A stretch of 64,000 nt of DNA from the human T2T-CHM13v2.0 reference genome, Homo sapiens. Below, piece after piece: positions 34,124-55,035 of this stretch (position 1 is its first letter; the number at the start of each line of letters is the position of its first letter). The notes below the pieces were generated by a model. It did no database searches, was not told the origin of the DNA, and saw only the letters and a program-made list of their open reading frames with translations. The position numbers were made by a program, and so were the translations under genes. The stretch is taken from NCBI RefSeq assembly GCF_009914755.1, contig NC_060947.1, one strand, 5' to 3'.

Positions 34124-36528
34124 CTACCAGAGACTGGGTAATTTATAAATAAAAGAGGTTTAGTTGACCCACAGTTCTGCAGGCTGCACAGGAGGCATTG
34201 CTGGGAGGCCTCAGGAAACTTACAATCATGGCAGAAGGTAAAGGGGAAGTATGAAGTCTTCACATGTTGGAGCAGAAGAAAGAGAGCAACAGAAAAGTGC
34301 TACACACTTTCAAACAATCAGATTTTGTGAGAACCCCATTATGAGACTAGGTGGAAGCTATCTTCATGTGAGACCTTATGAGAACTTTATCATTAGCACT
34401 AGAGGAAAACCACCCCCATGATTGAATCACTTCTTACCAGGCTCATCCTCCTACACTGTGAATTAAAATTTGACATAAAATTTGGGTGGGGACACAGCCA
34501 AATCATATTATTTTCCCCAACCTCTCCCAAATCTCGTGTCCTTCTCACATTTCAAAACACATTCATGTCTTCTCAACAGTCTCCTAAGCCTTAACTCATT
34601 TCAGCATTAACTCAAAATTCCGAGTCCAAAGTCTCATCTGAGACAAGGCAAGTCTATTCTGCCTATGAGCCTGGAAAATCAAAAGCAAGTTAGTTACTTC
34701 CAAGACACAATGAGGGTACAGGTATTGGGTAAATATTCCCATTCCAAAAGGGGAAAATTGGCCAAACAAAGGGGCTACAGGCCAAAAGCAAGTCTGAAAC
34801 CCAATAGGGCAGTCATTAAATCTTAAAGGTCCAAAATAGTCTTTTTTGACTGCATGTCTCGCATCTAGACCACACTGATGCAGGGGGTGGGATCTCAAGG
34901 AATTAGGTAGCTCTGCCTCTGTGGCTTTGCAGGTTACAACCCCCATGGTTGTTATTACGGGATGGCATTGAGTGCCTATGGCATTTCCAGTTACTCAGTG
35001 CAAGCTGCTTGTTGATCTACCATTGTGGGGTCTGGAGGATGGTAGCCCTCTTCTCACAGCTCTACTAGGCAGTTCCCCAGTAAGGACTCTGTGTGGGGGC
35101 ACCAACCCCATATTTTTCTTTTGCACTGCCCTAGTAGAGGTTCTCCATGACGGCTCTGCTCCTGCAGCAGACTTCTACCTGAACATACAGGCATTTCCAT
35201 ACATCCAGTGAAATCTAGGTAGAGGCTCTCAAGCCTCAAGTTTTGTCCTCTGCACACTCACTGACCCAACACCATATGGAAGTTTCCAAGGTTTCGGGCT
35301 TGCACCCTCTGAAGCAACGGCATGAGATGTACTTTGCCTCCTTTTAACCATGGCTTGGGAAGGAGCAGCTGGGATGCAGGGTGCCAAGTCCCAAGGCTAC
35401 ACAGGGCAGTGGAGCCCTGGATGTGCCCCATGCAACCATTTTTTCCCTCCTAAGCCTACAGATTTGTGATGGGAGGGCCTGCAGTGAAGGCCTATGAAAT
35501 GCCTTGGAGTCATTTTCCCCATTGTCTTGGCTACTAACATTCAGCTCCCCTTTAGTTTTGTGAATGTCTGCATCCTTGAATTCCTCTCCAGAAAATGGGT
35601 TTTTATTTTATACCACATGGTCAGCCTGCAATTTTTCCACTTTTATGCTCTGCTTTCCCATTAAATGTAAGTTCCAATTTCAGAAAACCTCTTTGCTCAC
35701 AAATATGAGTATATGCTGTGAGAAGCAGCCAGGTCATATCTTGAATGCTTTGCTGCTTAGAAATTTATTTTGCCAGATACTCTAAATTGTCTTTCTCAAG
35801 TTCAAAGTTCCACAGATATCTAGAGCAGAAGCACAATGCTGTCAGTCTCTTTATTAAAGCATAGCAATATTGATCTTTACTGCAGTTCCCAATAAGTTCC
35901 TCATCTCCATCTGATACCTCCTCAGCCTGGACATCATTGTCCATGTCACTATCATCATTTTGGTCACAGCCATTCAAATAGTCTCTAGGAAGTTCCAAAC
36001 TTTCTCTCATCTTCCTATCTTCTTCTGAGCCCTCCAAACTGTTCCAATCTCTGTCTGTTGCCCAGTTCCAAACTCACTTCCACATTTTCAGGTATTTTTG
36101 TAGCAATGCTCCACTTCTCTGTTATCCATTTTCTGTATTACTCTGTTCTCACACTGCTTTAAAAAACTACTTGAGACTGGGTAATTTATAAAGAAAATAG
36201 GTTTAGTTGACTCATAGTTCCATGGGCTGTACAGGAGGCATGGGTGGGAAGCCTCAGAAAACTAAAGGTCATGGCAGAAGTCAAAGAGAAAATGAGTAAT
36301 TCTTCACATGGTGAAGCAGGAGAGAGAGAGAGTGAAAGGAGGAAGTGCTACAAACTTTCAAACACCACATTTCATGAGAACTCTATCCTGAGACAGCACT
36401 AGGAGGGTGGTGCTAAACCATTAGAAACTGCCCCCATGATTTCATCATCTTTCACCAAACCCCTCCTCCAAAACTGGGGATTACAATTTGACACGAGATT
36501 TGGATGGGGACACAGCCAGACCATATGA
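34121..36528 (-). mobile_element. MaLR provirus (MSTA-like LTR-internal-LTR)
   Basis: LTRs at ~34121-34510 (left end missing) and 36134-36528. The internal region encodes the typical MaLR-int peptide MEGSEEDRKMRESLELPRD... Confidence 0.85.
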
Positions 36529-37429
36529 AACAGTAAAGAATGCCAAAAGGGAACAATGATAGTGTGATATTCAAATAGTAGAGAAATGACATGACCTTGT
36601 TCAGAGTGAAGAGTGTCTTGGCATTTCAAGGACTGTGAAGTCCAAAATAACCTAATTTGGAGGTTGAGATGAGGAAATAATATTTAAAAACAAACAAGAA
36701 TAAAAAGGACTGATGCTCAGAGAGCCCTCGTCGGGAACAAAAAAAGGCCTGAGTGTGGCAACTTTTAAATTTTTACATAAAAGCCCCTTTTAAAAAAAAA
36801 CTATCACAAGAATATAAGGTCTACATAAGCAGAAAATAAGTCTTGTCCACTAAGGTATTCTCAAAACCTCAAAGCATGACCAGCACATAGTAGACAATAT
36901 TTGCTGTTGCATAAATGGAAGTGGCAGTTCCATCAAAGCAGCATGAAATATATACAGCGGTATTTGCAATAATGGAAAGGAATACTATTTTATTGCCACC
37001 GGCCACATCCCAACAACTATCATAAAGTACAAATTTTCTTTGGCTTCTATAACTACTATAAAAAAAATATGAAGAACTCTGTGTTTGTAAACACGTTTAA
37101 AGTTCTCACATGTTAGTATAAGACAGAGGGGAGTTCTGAGGAGCCATGGAGACAAAAGAAATAACCAAGACAATACAAACATAAGAGGGCTATAAAACAC
37201 ACCATTTTCTTTGGCAGAGGTGTAATGAGTGGTGGGCTTCAGGCTTGAAAATTGATCTCAGAGAAACTAATTTGGTTGGCAAGGGAATTAGATCTTGGAG
37301 ATAATTTCAGGGTCTGGCAAGAACAGGTGAACTCTTTCCTATTTCTAGCTATTGCAAAGAAAGTATCATAATTTATATTACTATAGGAAAAAGAGAGAAA
37401 AGTGTTTTTAATAAATAATAACATGTCTA

Positions 37430-38520
37430 TCTCTGAGACTTGGGTGCTAGAAACACCTCAGTAGCTACAAGCATACCTAGGACCCAGATGTGGTTTTTAA
37501 ACACATTCTCTGGTAAAAAAAAAAAACAGGGTTCCTTGGAGAAATGACTGATGCTAGAACTGGGACAAGAAATATGCAAAATGAGCTTGGAGCATCTTTT
37601 AGTACAAGAAAATGAGGAGGTCATTTTAAACAATCCCACCTTGATAGGGATGAATCGAAGGGATATAAGAGCCAACTTAGCTCATAATCACCAAATCTGG
37701 AACAATTTGCACAACGAAATATTAAAATGGTATCAGATTATAATGCAAAGTACAAAAGAAATATTCATAAATTTATACTTATGTAAATAAATGCTTGAAT
37801 AAATTGGGAAGAAGAAGCAAATCTCCTTTGCAAAAAAATTCTAAAATATATTTGTAAGTCTCTGCCTTCAAGAAGATAAAAGATACTTCTGCTTCTTAAA
37901 TCTGAGCTGTGTATATTAATTTCCCTCCAAAGGGTTCAGTATGCAGTGGGAAGAGTGAGAAAAATTCATGGCACCAGTGTGGCAAACAAAACCTCAGTCA
38001 AGTGATCAAAGTTAACTTCATCAATTATAAGTCATATTGATAGCATGCACCCTTAAAATGATGTGATGAAAATGGCAGTTTCCCTATGTGGTCAACTTCC
38101 CAAAAACCCATAACCTCAGTTTAATGATAGTAAAAACAGGCAAATCCCTATAGAGAAGTATTCTATAAAATTCCTGACTAATATACCTCAAACCTGTCAA
38201 CATCATCAAAAATGAGGAAAATCTGAGAAACTGTCACAGCCAAATGAAACCTAAGAAAACGTGACAACTAAATGTAATGTGGTAATCTGGATCTTGGAAT
38301 AGAAAAATGACGTTAAGTAAAAACTGAGGAAGTCTAAATAAGGTATAAATTTTATTTAAAATAATGCATCAATATTGGCTCATTAATTAGAACAAATGTT
38401 GCATACTAAAATACGATGTTAATAATAGAAGAAACTGCATGTAGGGTATATGGTAAGTCTCTGTACTATTTTTCCAGTTTTTCTGTAAAACTAGAACTAT
38501 TTTAAAATTAAAAGTTTATG
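37430..38520 (+). mobile_element. L1MC-type 3' region
   Basis: gggttccttggagaaatgactgat...; the 3' end ggtaagtctctgtactatttttccagtttttctgtaaaact is typical of L1MC/MD. Confidence 0.6.
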
Positions 38521-38799
38521 TAAGTGGTCTTAAAATTTGTATGGTTGCTTAAATTTTAAATATGACGTTAAACTATATAATAAGTTGTAAAAAGGTTCTA
38601 GGAACTGTATTCTGAAAACAAGCTCCTAGTCTCAGAACCTAATGCAGGAACTGTGTCATTAATACAGGAGCTATAAAGGAACTATAGCTCCTGTATGGGA
38701 TGGTGACAGACCCTGGCAGACTGTTTTGCCCTACCTTATTATTGTTTCTGGCTATCTCTTCTTTGCAATTTCTACTTAGTTGGTCAATTTATAACTTTT

Positions 38800-39295
38800 T
38801 GTGGCATAAGGCCTAAAATTGAAGCCCAAATTGATATCCCTTTTTGGCATCTGGTGAAACAGACAGGACCTCAAATGGCATAATCCTAAATTTTCTTCCC
38901 CACTCTGTTGCAATGGATGAGGTCCCCTAGCCAAACAATTCTCCTTATCAAGAGGACCATGCACAATTCTTTCTTATCTCTGAATAGCAGTTTTCAGTTC
39001 CCTGCCAGCTCATGGTATTATTTCAATAAGCCAATCACATCTTCCCACCTATACTCTTGATATTGCAAAAGCTGCCTCCTGCAGCCCTCGGTTGTGTATT
39101 CTATTCCTGAGTACATTTCTCATGTGGCCCTACGTAGTATGTGGTATGCTCCACCCAGGCTGTGAGTACAGGTGATTGATAAACCTCTGTCAATCTCATC
39201 TGTCCTCTGCTGAATGTTGTGTGTTCAAACATCACCATAACCTTAGGGTAGGAATCCCTTTCTCAACAATGGGGTGAATAGCAGGTGATTGAAAT
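38800..39295 (+). mobile_element. MER74-like ERVL solo LTR
   Basis: gcctaaaattgaagccc...catctggtgaaac...ggtcccctagccaaacaa resembles MER74 as I recall it. Confidence 0.6.
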
Positions 39296-39689
39296 GCCTT
39301 GATAATGTACTATGTAAAAGGAGAATGAAGGTATTTTTGCATTTTGTGAAGCAAGTAGAGCTATCTCCAAACAAAAGACATCTATATTTATGAAGCTAAA
39401 AAAAAAATAATTTTGAAATCCAAGAAGACAGCAATAGCAATGCATATCATTTGTGTAATAAGCATAGGTTCCATAACAGTAATTCAAATCTGAGAGCAGC
39501 TTCAATACCTGTAGTCACATGCTCTCCACCTACTCTGCCCATCCCTTCTTTCCAATACACAGTCCACAGCCCCAGGAAGTATTATAGGGTGTACTGTAGT
39601 TGGTGTAGCCCACATCACAGCACATGATTAGGGTCAGTGTTTATCCATGCACTACTCTAATAGTTGTAGACAATCCTGAAAAACCACTG

Positions 39690-46420
<6,731 letters not shown>

Positions 46421-46424
46421 ACTA

Positions 46425-47060
46425 GAGAGATTCAACAGCAAAGTTTGAATGGCAAAAGAAAGAATAAATGAACTTGAAGGTATGTCATTTGAGATTATTT
46501 AGTCTGACATGCAGGAAAAAAGGAAGAAGGAAGAAAAATAAGCAACACCTAACAAACTGGTGGGCCATTGTCAAACATACCATCATAGGCATAATTCAAA
46601 TACCAGAAGCAGAGGAGAGAAAAAGTAGCAGAAAGGATATTTGAAGAAATAATTAAAAACTTCCCAAATTTGATGAAAGACATAAATGTACACATTCAAG
46701 AAACTCAATGAACCCCAAGTAGGATAAACTCAGAGATCCACTTTAACACACATTAAAATCAAACTGTCAAAAGCTAAAGGAGGAAACAATCTTGAAAGCA
46801 GCAAAATAAGGGGGAATCATTAGATGCAAAAAATCTTACAAAGATTAAGAGACAATTGTTTAATGGCCAGTTTTAGAAACCATGGATGCCAGAAGGCCAT
46901 GAAATGACAAACTTAAGATGCTAAAATAAAAATAAATTTTCAATAAAAAATTCTATATCCAGCAAAACTTCAAAAATGAAGAAACTAAGACATTCCCAGA
47001 GAAACAAAAGCTAAAAGAACTGTCACTAGCAGGCCTGTTCCTCTAGATTGGTACAGAGGA
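46425..47060 (+). mobile_element. Ancient L1M ORF1 region
   Basis: Degenerate ORF1-like DNA (aacttcccaaatttgatgaaagacat...tatccagcaaaact). Confidence 0.6.
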
Positions 47061-50000
47061 CATAAGAGAGATCAAGAGGATGTGAACATATATAATGGCA
47101 CCTCTGCCACTGTCACAGCAACAGTTCTATCCCTGCCACCCTCAGTCTTGGGAAAAAACAAAGAGCTTGAGGTCTAGACCCAAGCATGCCACAGTCACCA
47201 TATAGAGAGGAGAAAAATCTCTCTTCCTGGTGAGCCCTCAACTTTCTGCTCCCCAACAAGCAGGGCCCCAAGTTTATTCCAGCTGGACAGCCACCGCGTC
47301 CCACAAGCTAAACACTCCCAGTAACAGCAGCTCCATATTTCTCAGAGGTGGAACCTCCAGGGTCAAACAAAAGCTTATTCTCTGCCACTGCCACTGCAGT
47401 GGTACTACCACTGCTACTCTTGAACTAACAAAGGAACAAAGATCCTAAGTGCCTTATCCACACCTTCAACAAGCTTCAGTTGACTCAAAGAGAGAAGTCC
47501 AGTCCATCTTTCACAAGTCCCACCCACTGTCCATGCTTATCACTAAGCAGGGAACCCCCAGCTTGGGCCCACAGCACAGGGCCCCTATCCTGGGCTTATT
47601 GCACTGAGCAATTGCTAACCTGCACCTCTCTAGGGTGGAGCCCCCAGGAGACCAGCAAAAGCCCCTCAGCCACAACCACTACTAAGGTCCTTTCCTCTGC
47701 TGCTTCTGAGTTGGGGTGAAAACCTAAACTCTGAGATCACCACAGAGCTGTGGCAGGCAGCCCAGGAATGCCAAGATATGATCTATAGCCAGCACTCAAG
47801 TGAGACAGAAGCTCACAGTTTCAAAGCATTAAAAGGGAGCACAGATACAACTGTGAGGAAATATAAGGCAGCCACACAACTGAGAAAGGGCCTTCCAACT
47901 GAGCATTACACCTAAGCGCCACCTACTGAATCACACCTTAAAGCTTCAACACAAAAAAATACCTCACTAACATACACACTTGTGAAGCCAAAGGCAAGAA
48001 ATAAGCTACAAATAAAGACCATGCACAAAGCCTTGGCTCTGAAAAAAAATCCAGAAAAGAAGCCTACACCGCACAGTTAAAGGAACACCCACATACTGAA
48101 ATGAGAAAATAAACAATGCAAGAACTTTAGCAACTCAAATGCCAAAACATCTTATGTCTTCCAAATGACCACACTATTTCTCAAACAAGGGTCTTACAAG
48201 ACTGAGCTAGCTGAAATTACAGAAATAGAATTCAACATATGGATAAGAACAAAGATCATCAAAATTCAGAATTGCAAAACCCAATCCAAGGAAACTAAAA
48301 ATCACAATAAAGCAATATAAGAGCTGTCAGAAAAAAAATAGTCAGTATAGAAAGGAACCTAACTGATTATATGGACCTGAAAAACACACTACAACGATTT
48401 CACAATGCATTCACAAGTATAAAAAGCAGGACAGACCATGCTGAGGAAAGAACCTTAGAACTTGAAGATGAGCTCTCTGGAACAGACAATCAGAAAAATA
48501 AATAAAGAAAGAAAAAAGCATAAAAAGAAGTGAACAAAACCTACAAAACATATGAGATTATGTAAAGAGGACACATCTATGAATCATTGGCATTCTTGAA
48601 AAATATGGGGAAAAGCAAACAAATTGGAAAACTTATTTCAGGATATCATCCATGAAAACATCCCCAATCTTACTAGAGAGGCCAGCAGTAAAATTTAGAA
48701 AATACAGAGAAACCCCTGCAGCATTCTACACAAGATTATTGCCAAAACACATAATCATCAGATTTTTCCAATGTCAAAATGAAAGAAAGTATGTTAAAGT
48801 TGGCTAGAAAGAAAAGGTCACCTACAAAGGGAATGCCATCAGACTGACAGAAGACCTCCCAGCAGAAACCCTACAAGCCAGTGTATATTGGGGGCCTATA
48901 TTCAGCATTCTAAAAAAAAAACAAACAAACTTCAATCAGGAATTTTATATTCAGCCAAACTAAACTGCCTAAGCAAGGGATAAATAAGATCCTTTTCAGA
49001 TAGGCAAATTCTGAGTAAATTTGTTACCACCATACCTGCCTTACAATAAGCTTTGAAAAAAGCACTAAATATGGAAAAAAAAAAATTACCAGCCAGTATG
49101 AAAACCCACTTAAGTACACAGACCAGGGACACTATAAAGCAACAACACAAACAAGCCAGCATTATAACCAGCTAATCACATAATGACAGGTTCAAATTGA
49201 TGCATATCGATAGTAATTTTGAATGTAAATGAGCTAAATGTCCCCATTTAAAAGAAAAAGAGAGGCAAGCTGGATAAAAACGCAAGATCCAATAGTAAGC
49301 TGTCTTCAAAAGATCCATCTCACACGCAATGACACCCGTAGGCTCAAAATAAAGGAATGAAGGAAAATTTACCAAGCAAATGGAAATTAGAAAAAAAGCA
49401 GAAATTGGAATCCTAATTTCAGACAAAACAGACTTTAAACAAAAAGGATCAAATAAGACAAAAGAAGGGCATTACATAATGGTAAAGGGTTCAATTCAAC
49501 GAGAAGACCTAACTATCCTAAATATATATGCACCCACCACAAGAGCACCCAGATTGATAAAGCAAGTTAGTAGAGACTTACAAAGAAACCTAGAAAACCC
49601 ACTATTATTAGTGGGAAACTTTAATATCCCAATTACAGTATTAGAAAGACCATCAAGTCAAAAAATTAACAAATATATTCACGACCTGAACTCAACATTG
49701 GACTAAATGAATCTCAAAGACCTCTACATAACTCTCCATGCAAAAACAACAGAACATACATTCTTCTCATCACCACATGACACATACTCTCTAGAATTGA
49801 CAACACGATCACACACAAAACAATCCTCAGCAAATGCAAAAGAACAGAAATTATATCAAACACACTCTCAAACCACAGTGCAATAAAAACAGAAGTTAAG
49901 ACTAACAAAAATCTTTCAAAATTATGCAATTACATGGAAATTGAATAACCTGCTCCTGAATAACTTTCGGGTAAATAATGAAATTAAGGGAGGAATCAAG

Positions 50001-50160
50001 AAGTCTTTGGAAACTAATGAGAACAAAGATACAACATACCATCATCTCTGCGACACAGCTAAGGCAGGAATAAGAGGGAAATGTGTAGCAATAAATGCCC
50101 ACATCAAAAAGTTAGTAATATCTCAATTTAACAACCTAACAACACAACTAAAGAACTAGA

Positions 50161-50939
50161 TTACCAGCTCAATATCACTTATCGTTTGAGAAATGCAAAT
50201 TAAAACCACAATGAGATACCATCTCATGCTAGTCAGAATGGCTATTATTAAAAAGTCAAAAAACAACAGATGCTGGCCAAGTTGCAGAGAAAAAGAAATG
50301 CTTTTATACTGTTGGTGGGAGTGTAAATTATTTCAGCCATTGTGGAAAGCAGTGTAACAATTCCTCAAAGACCTAGAGGCAGAAATACCATTTGACTTAA
50401 AAATTCCATTACTTTTTATATACTCAACGGAATATGTTATTCTATTATAACGATACATGCATGCGTATGTTCATTGCAGCACTATTCACAATAGCAAAAA
50501 CATGGAATCAATCCCACTGCCCATCAATGATAGACTGGATAACGAAAATGTGGTATATATACACCATGGAACACAATGCGTTGATAAAAAGGAATTAGAT
50601 CATGTCCTTTGCAGGGACATGGATGAAGTTGGAAGCCACTTTCCTCAGCAAGCTAACCCAGGAACAGAAAACCAAACAGTGCATATTCTCACTTATAAGT
50701 GTGAGCTGAATGATGAGAACACACAGACACAAGGAGGAAAACAACACATACTGGGTTCTGTAATGGGAGGAGGGAGAATATCAGAAAGAATAGCTAATGG
50801 ATGCTTTGCTTAATACCTAGGTGATAGGATGACCTGTGCAGCAAACCACCATGGCACATGTTTGTCTATGCAGCAAACCTGCAGATGTGGCACATGTACC
50901 CCTGAACTTCAAATAAAAGTTGAAGAAACAAACAAACAC
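50161..50939 (+). mobile_element. L1PA10/11-like 3' fragment nested in ORF2
   Basis: L1 3' end with A-rich tail. Imperfect TSD aaagaactaga / aaagaatcaga. Host ORF2 resumes at ~50950. Confidence 0.75.
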
Positions 50940-52105
50940 AAAGAATCAGAGAACCTTGGAAAAATCAACTCCAAAGCTAACAGAAGTCTAGAAAAAAAAA
51001 ATCAGAGATGAACTGAAAGAAATTGAGACACAAAGAAAATTCAAAGAAACAACAAATTCAGGAGTTGGTTTATTGAAAAAATTAACAAGACAGGCCATTA
51101 ACTAGACTAATAAACAGAAAAAGAGAAGATCTGAACAAACACAATTAAAAATGACAAAGATGTTACCACTGACCCCACAGAAATACAAATAACCATCAAA
51201 GAATATTATGAACACTTCTATGCACATAAACTAGAAAATCTAGAAGAGATGGATAAGCTCCTGTATGCATATACCCTCCCAAGACTGAACAAGGAAGAAA
51301 TTGATTCCCTGAAAAGACCAATAATGAGATGAACCAGTAATAAATAGCATAGAAAAAAAAAAGCCCAGAACCAGAACCAGATGGATTTACAGCTGAATCT
51401 ACCAGATTTACAAGGAAGATCTGGTACTAGTCCCATTAAAACTATTCCAATAAATTAAGAAAGTGAGGCTCCACCTTAACTTATTCTATGAGGCCAGCAT
51501 CATCCTAATACCAAAACCTGGCAGAGGCACAACAAAAAAAGAACACTTCAGGCCAATAACCTTGATGAACATTGATGCAGAAATTCTCAACAAAATACTG
51601 GCAAACTGAAACCAGCAGCATATCAAAAAGCAAATGCCCAATGATCGAGTAGTCTCCATCCCCAGGATGCAAGTTTGGTTCAATATATGAAAATCAATAA
51701 GGGTGATTCATCACATAAACAGAACTAAAGACAAAAACCACATGAGTATCTCAATAGATACAGAAAAGGCTTTTGATAAAGTTTAACATCCCCTCATGTT
51801 AAAAACTCTAAAGAAACTAGGAATACACATCGAAAGGAAGGAAGACACATTGAAGGAATACACATCGAAATAATAAGAGCCACCTATGACAAACCCACAG
51901 TCAATATTATACTGAATGGTCAAAAGCTGAAAGCATTCCCCTTGAAAACTGGCACAAGACAAAGATGCCCTCTGTCACCACTCCTATTCAACATTGTATT
52001 AGAAGTCCTGGCCAGAGCAATCAGACAAGAGAAAAAATAAAGCTCATCCAAATAAGCAGAGAAAAAGTCCAACCATCCCCATATCCCTGTTTGTATAAAA
52101 GACGA

Positions 52106-52382
52106 TTTTTTTTAGACAGAGTCTTGCTCTGTCACCCAGGCTGAATTGCAGTGACGTGATTTTGACTCGCTGCAACCTCCACCTCCCAGATTCAAGTGAT
52201 TCCCATGCCTCACCCTCCCAACTAGCTGGCATGCACAATCACGCCTGGCTATTTTTTGTATTTTTAGTAGAGACAGGATTTCACCATATTGGTCAGGCTG
52301 GTCTCAAACTCCTGACCTCAAGAAATCAGCTTGCCTTGGCCTCCCCAAATTCCGGGATTACAGGCATGAGCCACTGAACCCG
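52106..52382 (-). mobile_element. AluS SINE
   Basis: Antisense dimeric Alu (tttttagacagagtcttgctctgtcacccagg...gggattacaggcatgagccac). Confidence 0.92.
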
Positions 52383-53524
52383 AGATGACTCTATATCTAG
52401 AAAACCAGAGAGTCTTGGCCCAAAAGCTCTTTCAGGTGATAAACAACCTCAGAAAAGTTTCAAGATAAAACAACAATGTACAAAAATATTAGCATTTTGA
52501 TACACCAACAACATTCAGGCCAAGAGCCAAATCAGGAATGCAATCCCATTCACAGTTGTCACACACAAAAAAATAATATATCTAGGAATACAGCTTGCCA
52601 GGGAGGTGAAATATCTCTACAATGAGAATTACAAAACACTGCTCAAAGAAATTAGAGGTGACACTAAAAAATGAAAAACATTCCATGCTGATGGATAGGA
52701 AGAATCAATATTGTTAAAGTGGCAACACTGCCCAAAGCAATCTACAGATAAAATGCTATTCCAATCACATTACTAATGACATTCTTCCCAGAACAAGAAA
52801 AATCTATTTTCAAATTCATATGGAACCAAAAAGGAGCTCTAACAGCCAAGGCAATTCTAAGCAAAAGACATAAAGTTGAAGGCATCATGTTACCCGACTT
52901 CAAACTATACTGCAGGGCTACAGTAACCTAAACAGCATGGTACTGGTACAAAAAGAGACATATAGACCAATAGAATAGAATAAAAAGCCCAGACATAAGG
53001 CCACACATCTACAACCATGTAGTCTTTGACAAAGCTGACAAAAACTAGCAATGGGAAAGGACTCTATTCAATAAATGATTCTTAGATAACTGGCTAGTCA
53101 TATGCAAAAGATTAAAACTGAACACCCCTCTTATACCATTTACAAAAGTTAACTCAAGATGAATTGAAAACTTAAAGGTAAAACCTAGAGCTATAAAAAC
53201 TCTGGACTACGACCTAGGCAATAACATTTTGAACATAGGATTGGGCGAAGATTCATGAGGAAGATGCCAAAAGCAATTGTAACAAAAGCAAAAATTGACA
53301 AACCTATTGAATTAAACTAAAGGCTTCTACACAGCAAAAAATAATTATAAACAGAGTAAACAGCCTACAAAATGGGAGAACCTATTTTCAAACTATGCAT
53401 CTGACAGAGGTCTAATATCCAACATCTATAAGAAACTTAAGCAAATTTACAAGAAAAAGAAACAACCCCATTAAAAAGTGGGAAAAGAACATAAGCAGAC
53501 ATTTTTGAAAAGAAGACATACATG

Positions 53525-53835
53525 TGGATGAAGCTGAAAACCATTATTCTCAGCAAACTAACACAAGAACAGAAAACCAAACACCGCATGTTTTCACTCA
53601 TAAGTGGGAATTGAACCATGAGAACCCATGCACACAGAGAGAGGAACATCACACACCGGGGCCTGTCGGGGGTCGGGGGCTAGGAGAGGGATAGTATTAG
53701 GAGAAATGCCTAATACAGATGATGGGTTTATGGGTGTAGCAAACCACCATGGCTCATGTATACCTATGTAACATACCTGCACGTTCTGCACATGTATCCA
53801 AGCTTAAAGTATAATTTAAAAAATTAAAAAAGAAA
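53525..53835 (+). mobile_element. L1PA7-like 3' fragment
   Basis: tggatgaagctgaaaaccatt...cttaaagtataatttaaaaaa. Confidence 0.8.
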
Positions 53836-54117
53836 ACATGTGCCATGGTGGTTTGTATCAACCTGTCACCTAGGTATTAAACCTCAACATGCATTAGCTA
53901 TTTGTACTGGTATTCTCCCTCCCCTCACATTTCTCAAAAGGTCCTGGTGTGAATTGGTCCCTTTTCTGTGTCCATGTGTTCTCATTGTTCAGCTCCCACT
54001 TATAGGTGAGAAACGTATGGTGTTTGGTATTCTGTTCCTGTGTTACTTTGCTGAGAATGATGCCTTCCAGCTTCATCCATGTCCCTGCAAAAGACATAAT
54101 CTCATTCCTTTTCATAG
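53836..54117 (-). mobile_element. L1PA8A/10-like 3'UTR fragment
   Basis: Antisense L1 3'UTR lacking its terminal part and tail. Confidence 0.7.
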
Positions 54118-55035
54118 CAACATAGGATATACTGATTTTCTTCCTTTTGGGTATATTCTTAGCAGTATAATTGCTGGACTATATAGTAGCTCTGCTTTTA
54201 GTTTTCTGAGGAACCTCCAAACTGTTCTCCATAGCAGTTGTACTAATTTATATTCCTACCAACAGTGTACAAGTGTTCACTTTTCTCCACATCCTTTACT
54301 AGCATTTGTTATTACCTGTCTTTTGGATAAAAGCCATTTTAACTGGGGTAAGATGTTATCACATTGAAGTTTTGATATGCATTTCTCTGATAATCAATGA
54401 TGTTGAGCACCTTTTCATACACTTGTTTGCCATTTGTGTGTCTTCTCTTGAGAAATATCTATTCAAAGATTTTGTCCATTTTTTATTGGATTATTAGATT
54501 TTTTCCTATGGAGTTGTTTGAGCTCCTTATATATTCTGCTTATTAGTCTTCTGTTTTCTCTCATTCTGTGGGTTGTTTCTTTGTTGATGATATCATTTGC
54601 TGTGCAGAAGCCTTTAACTTGATGTGATCCCATTTGTCCATTTTTTTCTTTGGTTTCCTGTGCTTACGGGCAACCAAAAACTCAACGTTTTCTTGTTGTG
54701 GTTTTATAGTATGAGGTTTTAGATTTAAGTTTTTAATCCAATTTGATTTTTGTATACAGTGAGAGACAATGGTCAAGTTTTAATCTTCTGCATATGGATA
54801 TCCAGTTTTCCTAGCACAATTTATTGAAGAGACTGTCCTTTCTCCAATGTATATTCTTGGTACCTCTGTTGAAAATGAGTTCACTGTAAGTGTATGAATT
54901 TAGTTTTGAGCTCTCTATGTGGTTCCATTGGTCTATGTGTCTGTTTTAATTCCAGTGCCATGCTGTTTTGGTTACTATAGCTCTGTAGTACAATTTGAAG
55001 TGAAGTGAAGTGAAGTAAAGTGATTCTTCTAGTTT
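54118..55035 (-). mobile_element. L1MA-type ORF2 3' fragment
   Basis: tactgattttcttccttttgggtatatt... through ORF2 DNA, with a (GTGAA)n slip at ~54998-55022. Confidence 0.7.

Larger units (their letters stand above)
47095..53525 (+). mobile_element. Old L1PA13-16-like element (5'UTR, ORF1, ORF2; 3' end missing)
   Basis: 5'UTR-like DNA at 47095-48100, ORF1 remnant and ORF2 EN peptide at 49380-49706. Interrupted by an L1 3' fragment and an Alu. Confidence 0.8.
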
